This document shows positions 27,949 through 32,000 of a stretch of 32,000 bases of DNA, one piece after another. This DNA comes from Desulfocapsa sulfexigens DSM 10523 (GTDB lineage: Bacteria > Desulfobacterota > Desulfobulbia > Desulfobulbales > Desulfocapsaceae), in assembly GCF_000341395.1 (NCBI RefSeq), contig NC_020304.1:1170001-1202000 (forward strand), read 5' to 3'. Under the pieces are notes generated by a model. It was not told the origin of the DNA and ran no database searches. It worked only from the letters and a program-made list of their open reading frames with translations. The first letter of the stretch is position 1; each line of letters starts with the position of its first letter. A program made the translations under genes and the position numbers.

Positions 27949-28785
27949 TTACTCAACCAGATGGGCCCATTCTTTGGTACCAAACCAGTAATGATGACGC
28001 TCTTCCAACCAGCCCTCGTGACTGACGATGGTAATCCAGTTATTAAAAAAGCTGATGGTATCAAAATCACCTTTTCGCACAGCAAAACCAATAGGCTCTC
28101 TGGTAAAATTCGACTCAAGTGGCAGGAACATGGTTTCAGGGTATTTAATAGCCTCATAGGCTGGTCGGGGAGCTGACCCCACAACTGCATGAACATTGCC
28201 GTTACGAAGCTCCTGATAGGCCTGGGCCTCATCATCAAAGAGGCGTAATTTGGCATTCGGGATGTATTTCTTTACTGCTGTAACCGCTGTGGTCCCCAGT
28301 TTACAGGCAATCTCCACATCCGCATTGTTAAAATCCTCAAGACTTGCAAACCCTGCCGCCTTTTCTTTATGGGCAACAATGGCCATGCCGGAGTAATCAT
28401 AGGGAATTGTAAAATTGACCTTGAGTGCACGTTTTGTCTGTATGCCCATGCCACCGATAACCACGTCAAATTTTCCGGTGAGCAATGCCGGGATAATTCC
28501 AGCCCACTTGGTTGGAACAAACTCCACTTTCACTCCCATATCGGAGGCCAATCTTCTGGCAACATCAATTTCAAATCCTACCAACTCCCCCGATTTATCT
28601 TTCATGGCCCAGGGCAGAAAGGTATCCATCCCTACTCGCAGAACTCCGCGCCGCATGACCTGGTCAATTGTTGATTCGGCTATCAGCTGATTCTGCATTT
28701 TCCCGGCCATGACAGGGATTGCTGTCATAATCAGTGCTGTAATAAGGCAAATAGTTACAAGAACTTTTCCGTTGAATGTCTTCAT
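27949..28785 (-). CDS. Amino-acid-type ABC transporter substrate-binding protein (SBP_bac_3)
   Basis: Signal peptide; VMRRGVLRVGMDTFLPWAMKDKSGELVGFEIDVARRLASDMGVKVEFVPTKWAGIIPALLTGKFDVVIGGM. Confidence 0.92.
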   Translation of the reverse strand: MKTFNGKVLVTICLITALIMTAIPVMAGKMQNQLIAESTIDQVMRRGVLRVGMDTFLPWAMKDKSGELVGFEIDVARRLASDMGVKVEFVPTKWAGIIPALLTGKFDVVIGGMGIQTKRALKVNFTIPYDYSGMAIVAHKEKAAGFASLEDFNNADVEIACKLGTTAVTAVKKYIPNAKLRLFDDEAQAYQELRNGNVHAVVGSAPRPAYEAIKYPETMFLPLESNFTREPIGFAVRKGDFDTISFFNNWITIVSHEGWLEERHHYWFGTKEWAHLVE

Positions 28786-28853
28786 TGTTCCTCCTGAGTG
28801 AGTTTCTGAAAAAATAAGGGTGTCAGATATAAGAACATCTTATTGCATAGTAA

Positions 28854-29696
28854 TCAAAAAGACAAATCAGACCTGTAGGGTGATGACATCTGTTTTTCCA
28901 GGTAGGACACAAGGATTGACAGGGACACGGTGATAACAAGATACATCAGAGCCACAGTAAACCAGAGTTCAAAGGTGAGAAAGGTCTCTGAAATCAAGGC
29001 CTGTACCTCCATGGTAAGATCATAGACAGCAATAGTGCTTACCAGTGCCGAATCCTTAATCAAAGATATGGCCTGGCTGGCCAGTGGCGGCAATACTCGA
29101 CGCACAGCCTGAGGAAAAACGATAAATCGATAAGCATGATTATAACTGAGTCCCAGGCTGTGCGAAGCCTCCCACTGCCCCTTTTCCACAGACATAATTC
29201 CGGAACGAAGGATCTCAGAGGCATAGGCACCCTCAAAAAGGCTGAGTGCCAGCACTGCAGCCCAAAAGCGATCGAGGCCAAGAATTGGCCCCATAACAAA
29301 ATAAATGAAAAAGAGCTGAATAAGAAGAGGCGTATTTCGACTGATTTCAAGGTAAAATCGTGCAACAACTTTTCCCGGAACCGAGTTTGAAAGGCGGAGC
29401 AATGCTGTGATCAGGCCGACTACAAATGCCAACCCTAGACTGATTGCAGATATCTTAACAGTCACCCCAAGTCCGTACAGGAGTGGACCCGCCATAAAAC
29501 CAGAATCATCCCAGACATAAAGATATCGTGGTATCTGATACCATTGCCACTGATAGCCCATATCCTCAACTGAACGTGCGAAAAAGTAGCATACCAGAAC
29601 AAGAAGGAGCAAAAACTGTCCGATATCAAACAGAGGAGACCTGGTGAAAGACCTCCAGGTTTTCCTTTTCTTTTCAGTAACTAAGGAATGCATCAA
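28854..29696 (-). CDS. Polar amino-acid ABC transporter permease
   Basis: HisM/GlnP-type SRNTPLLIQLFFIYFVMGP and GAYASEILRSGIMSVEKGQWEASHSLGLSYNHAYRFIVFPQAVRRVLPPLASQAISLIKDSALVS. Confidence 0.92.
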   Translation of the reverse strand: MMHSLVTEKKRKTWRSFTRSPLFDIGQFLLLLVLVCYFFARSVEDMGYQWQWYQIPRYLYVWDDSGFMAGPLLYGLGVTVKISAISLGLAFVVGLITALLRLSNSVPGKVVARFYLEISRNTPLLIQLFFIYFVMGPILGLDRFWAAVLALSLFEGAYASEILRSGIMSVEKGQWEASHSLGLSYNHAYRFIVFPQAVRRVLPPLASQAISLIKDSALVSTIAVYDLTMEVQALISETFLTFELWFTVALMYLVITVSLSILVSYLEKQMSSPYRSDLSF

Positions 29697-29815
29697 GGTT
29701 GTATTGGTAAAAGATTTAATTACAAAGCAGATAGCTCGAAGTATACTAGTGTTTTACAAAAAAACACCTTTATTATGCGGAACACCCATAAGCTTATTTT
29801 TAAAAGTGATCACAA

Positions 29816-30610
29816 GTGATTATCGACTTTCATACCCATGCCTTCCCTGATAACGTCGCGGCAAAAGCCATTCCTGTTCTTGAAAAGGAAGGAAACATCA
29901 AGGCCCACACTGCTGGAACCACCCAATCTCTTCTAAGTTCCATGGATCTGGCTGGTATTGATCGCAGTCTTATCTGCTCCATTGCGACCCGCCCTGAACA
30001 GTTTAAGCCCATTCTCAACTGGTCACGTGAGGTCAAGAACGCACGTCTTATTCCCCTGCCCTCCATTCATCCAGATGATCCACACTGCCTAGAACATGTT
30101 TATACCGTAAAACAGGAAGGCTTTATCGGAATAAAGATGCATCCCTTTTATCAGGACTATTTTTTAAATGAGAAAAAACTGGATCCCCTCTACGAAGCCT
30201 TAAGTAACACAGGCCTGCTCCTTGTTGTTCACTGTGGGTACGACATCGCCTTTCCCCGTATCCGCCGTGTAGACCCCGCAGCAATAGAAAAGCTTCAGCA
30301 GCGTTTTCCGCACTTGCGTCTTATAACTACTCACTTTGGAGGATGGGATATCTGGGATGAAGTTGAGGATATCCTTATTGGTAAAAATATTTATATGGAA
30401 ATCTCCTTTGCCCTCCACTATCTTAAGAAGGAACAAGTAATTCGAATGCTGAACAACCACCCTCAGGAATATCTGCTTTTTGGCAGCGACTCGCCGTGGA
30501 TTGATCAGACAGAATCTATTCACCACTTAAAAGCATTGGCACTGAATGACAAACTACTCACCGGGATTCTCGGTGGGAATGCACTGAGACTTATACAGGA
30601 AGCCGTATGA
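29816..30610 (+). CDS. Amidohydrolase/TatD-like metal-dependent hydrolase
   Basis: MIIDFHTHAFPD, GFIGIKMHPFYQ, LVVHCGYD, LITTHFGGW, LLFGSDSPW; non-ATG start. Confidence 0.85.
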   Translation: MIIDFHTHAFPDNVAAKAIPVLEKEGNIKAHTAGTTQSLLSSMDLAGIDRSLICSIATRPEQFKPILNWSREVKNARLIPLPSIHPDDPHCLEHVYTVKQEGFIGIKMHPFYQDYFLNEKKLDPLYEALSNTGLLLVVHCGYDIAFPRIRRVDPAAIEKLQQRFPHLRLITTHFGGWDIWDEVEDILIGKNIYMEISFALHYLKKEQVIRMLNNHPQEYLLFGSDSPWIDQTESIHHLKALALNDKLLTGILGGNALRLIQEAV

Positions 30611-30981
30611 CAGACATCCCCCATATATCGAAAAGAGACTGTGATTGCTGCGGAAAACCTCTTCCGGACGGTGAATTATTTTATCACTGCCGCACGGAAC
30701 TTATTGCTGCCAAGGATGAGACCATCCCCGAACTGAAACACCCGGACAAACTTATTGCCATGGCCCTCTCTGAGATAGCCGGAAAGGACGAGAATGAGCT
30801 TCTAGATGATATCTACCAGGAGATTATCCTCCAACTCTGTCCAAACTGTCGTCTAATACTGTTGAAACATATCCACAGTATGTTGAATAAAGGCTGTAAA
30901 AATTGTCCCAAATGCGGGCCACAGCCGGTAAGGAAAAAAGGGAAACTGCTAAAATTTCCTTCCAGTGATAACGTGAAATAG
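30607..30981 (+). CDS. Hypothetical protein with zinc-ribbon-like Cys pairs
   Basis: RDCDCCGKPLPDGE...CPNCRLILLKHIH...GCKNCPKCG; start overlaps the stop of the preceding hydrolase. Confidence 0.65.
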   Translation: MTDIPHISKRDCDCCGKPLPDGELFYHCRTELIAAKDETIPELKHPDKLIAMALSEIAGKDENELLDDIYQEIILQLCPNCRLILLKHIHSMLNKGCKNCPKCGPQPVRKKGKLLKFPSSDNVK

Positions 30982-31029
30982 GTGGCTCAAACACACCTTG
31001 TTGTCTTTACTGGACCCCTGCCCCTCTGA

Positions 31030-31389
31030 CTACAACACCTGTTGCAGAAATTCATCAGCCAGCATTGACAGGGCAAGGGCATCCATAACTTCCACCCGTG
31101 AATCCACCATAACTCCGTTTGCAATCAAAACCGTGCGCGGATAGCCATGACCGCCAAAGGCATCGGTGAGTGATTGGTGTTCATCTGAGATAAAAATCAG
31201 CTTTTCAGTCTGCACACAGCACTGATAGACTGGAATTCCAGCTGTTTCCATTTTCTGTGCAAACCCTGGAAAATGAGGTTGCTGGCGTACCATGCAATCC
31301 GGACACCAGGCCGCTATCACGTTGAGTACAAAGGTTTCCTTCTGATTCATTTGCTCCTGCACTTCGGCAGGACTGAGTTCTCGTATCAT
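31030..31389 (-). CDS. Thioredoxin-fold protein
   Basis: ETFVLNVIAAWCPDCMVRQQPHFPGFA and a GGHGYPRTVLIANG cis-Pro region. Confidence 0.75.
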   Translation of the reverse strand: MIRELSPAEVQEQMNQKETFVLNVIAAWCPDCMVRQQPHFPGFAQKMETAGIPVYQCCVQTEKLIFISDEHQSLTDAFGGHGYPRTVLIANGVMVDSRVEVMDALALSMLADEFLQQVL

Positions 31390-31395
31390 AATTAT

Positions 31396-32000
31396 TTATT
31401 TCCTCCGTATCTCCCAGCAATGATGAATTCTACTGTTTCTGGCAAAATCAAGGGGAATGGAGTCCCTGCTGATATTACGGATTGCGTAATACTTGTCAAT
31501 GGATTCATCCATCTGAAAGCGTCTGAAATTGGTTGAAAAAATGAGCACCCCACCCTCTGCCAGACGGGCAACGGATTTTTCAATCAGGAGGCGGTGATCG
31601 CGTTGCACATCAAAGACCCGGCTTTCTTTTTTGGTATTGGAGAAGGTGGGAGGATCAACAAAGATCAGATCGTACTCCTTTCTATCCTCCGCCAACCATT
31701 TAAGGCAATCGGCCTGTATCGTTTCATGAGCCAAGCCGCCAAAACCATTCAGAGCAAGATTCATCCGAGCCCAGTTAAGATAGGTTGGTGAAAGATCCAC
31801 GGTGGTTGTGGATTCCGCTCCACCTACAGCTGCGTGAACGGTAGCCGTTCCCGTGTAGGCAAAAAGATTGAGGAAACGTTTCCCCTTAGCTTCCCTCGCA
31901 ATTTTCATACGAATATTGCGATGATCAAGAAATATTCCGGTATCCAGATAATCGGTGAAATTCACCAGTAGAAAGCAGTCCCCTTCCCGGACGGTGTACA
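31396..32000 (-). CDS. rlmL: Class I SAM-dependent rRNA methyltransferase, RlmL/RlmK-like C-terminal region, truncated by the window edge
   Basis: NFTDYLDTGIFLDHRNIRMKIAREAKGKRFLNLFAYTGTATVHAA and DLIFVDPPTFSN; the frame is open to position 32000 (YTVREGDCFLLVNFTDY). Confidence 0.7.
   Translation of the reverse strand, partial: YTVREGDCFLLVNFTDYLDTGIFLDHRNIRMKIAREAKGKRFLNLFAYTGTATVHAAVGGAESTTTVDLSPTYLNWARMNLALNGFGGLAHETIQADCLKWLAEDRKEYDLIFVDPPTFSNTKKESRVFDVQRDHRLLIEKSVARLAEGGVLIFSTNFRRFQMDESIDKYYAIRNISRDSIPLDFARNSRIHHCWEIRRK

Noticed and set aside
24956-29696. Interpreting the cassette as an anti-phage defence system
   Set aside because: No nuclease, effector or CARF/SAVED/TIR-type receptor domain is visible, and the flanks are housekeeping genes; signalling is the more conservative reading.

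Overview
The window looks like ordinary chromosome from a sulfate-reducer-like (Desulfobulbales-type) deltaproteobacterium, judged from gene content only. It is densely coding, with no rRNA, tRNA or CRISPR array and no intact mobile element that I can support. From left to right it holds: a permease/TIGR03943 pair and a zinc uptake locus (znuA-znuC-znuB-zur); a TIGR03032-family protein followed by a large autotransporter; an IscA/HesB-like protein and an MvhD-like/double-FAD HdrA-like pair; a secreted protein resembling the polymorphic toxin type 23 family; trkA-trkH; an aldo/keto reductase; an AMP-ligase/ACP/acyltransferase fusion; a methyltransferase; and a compact minus-strand cassette at 24956-29696. 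That cassette encodes an amino-acid-type ABC permease, a substrate-binding protein, a diadenylate-cyclase (DAC/DisA_N)-like protein with a non-canonical second motif, a membrane-anchored trypsin-like protein whose whole catalytic triad appears substituted, and a small coiled-coil protein. The ABC/DAC-like/pseudoprotease cassette is my best candidate for an under-described system. Other notable signals are a T9 tract that separates a good RBS/start from the znuA frame, a 17-bp palindrome over a predicted znuA -10 box, a 61-bp dispersed repeat (5213-5273 and 16174-16234), and remnants of mobile or coding DNA between 19.2 and 21.2 kb. All family calls come from recognising sequence motifs without database searches.
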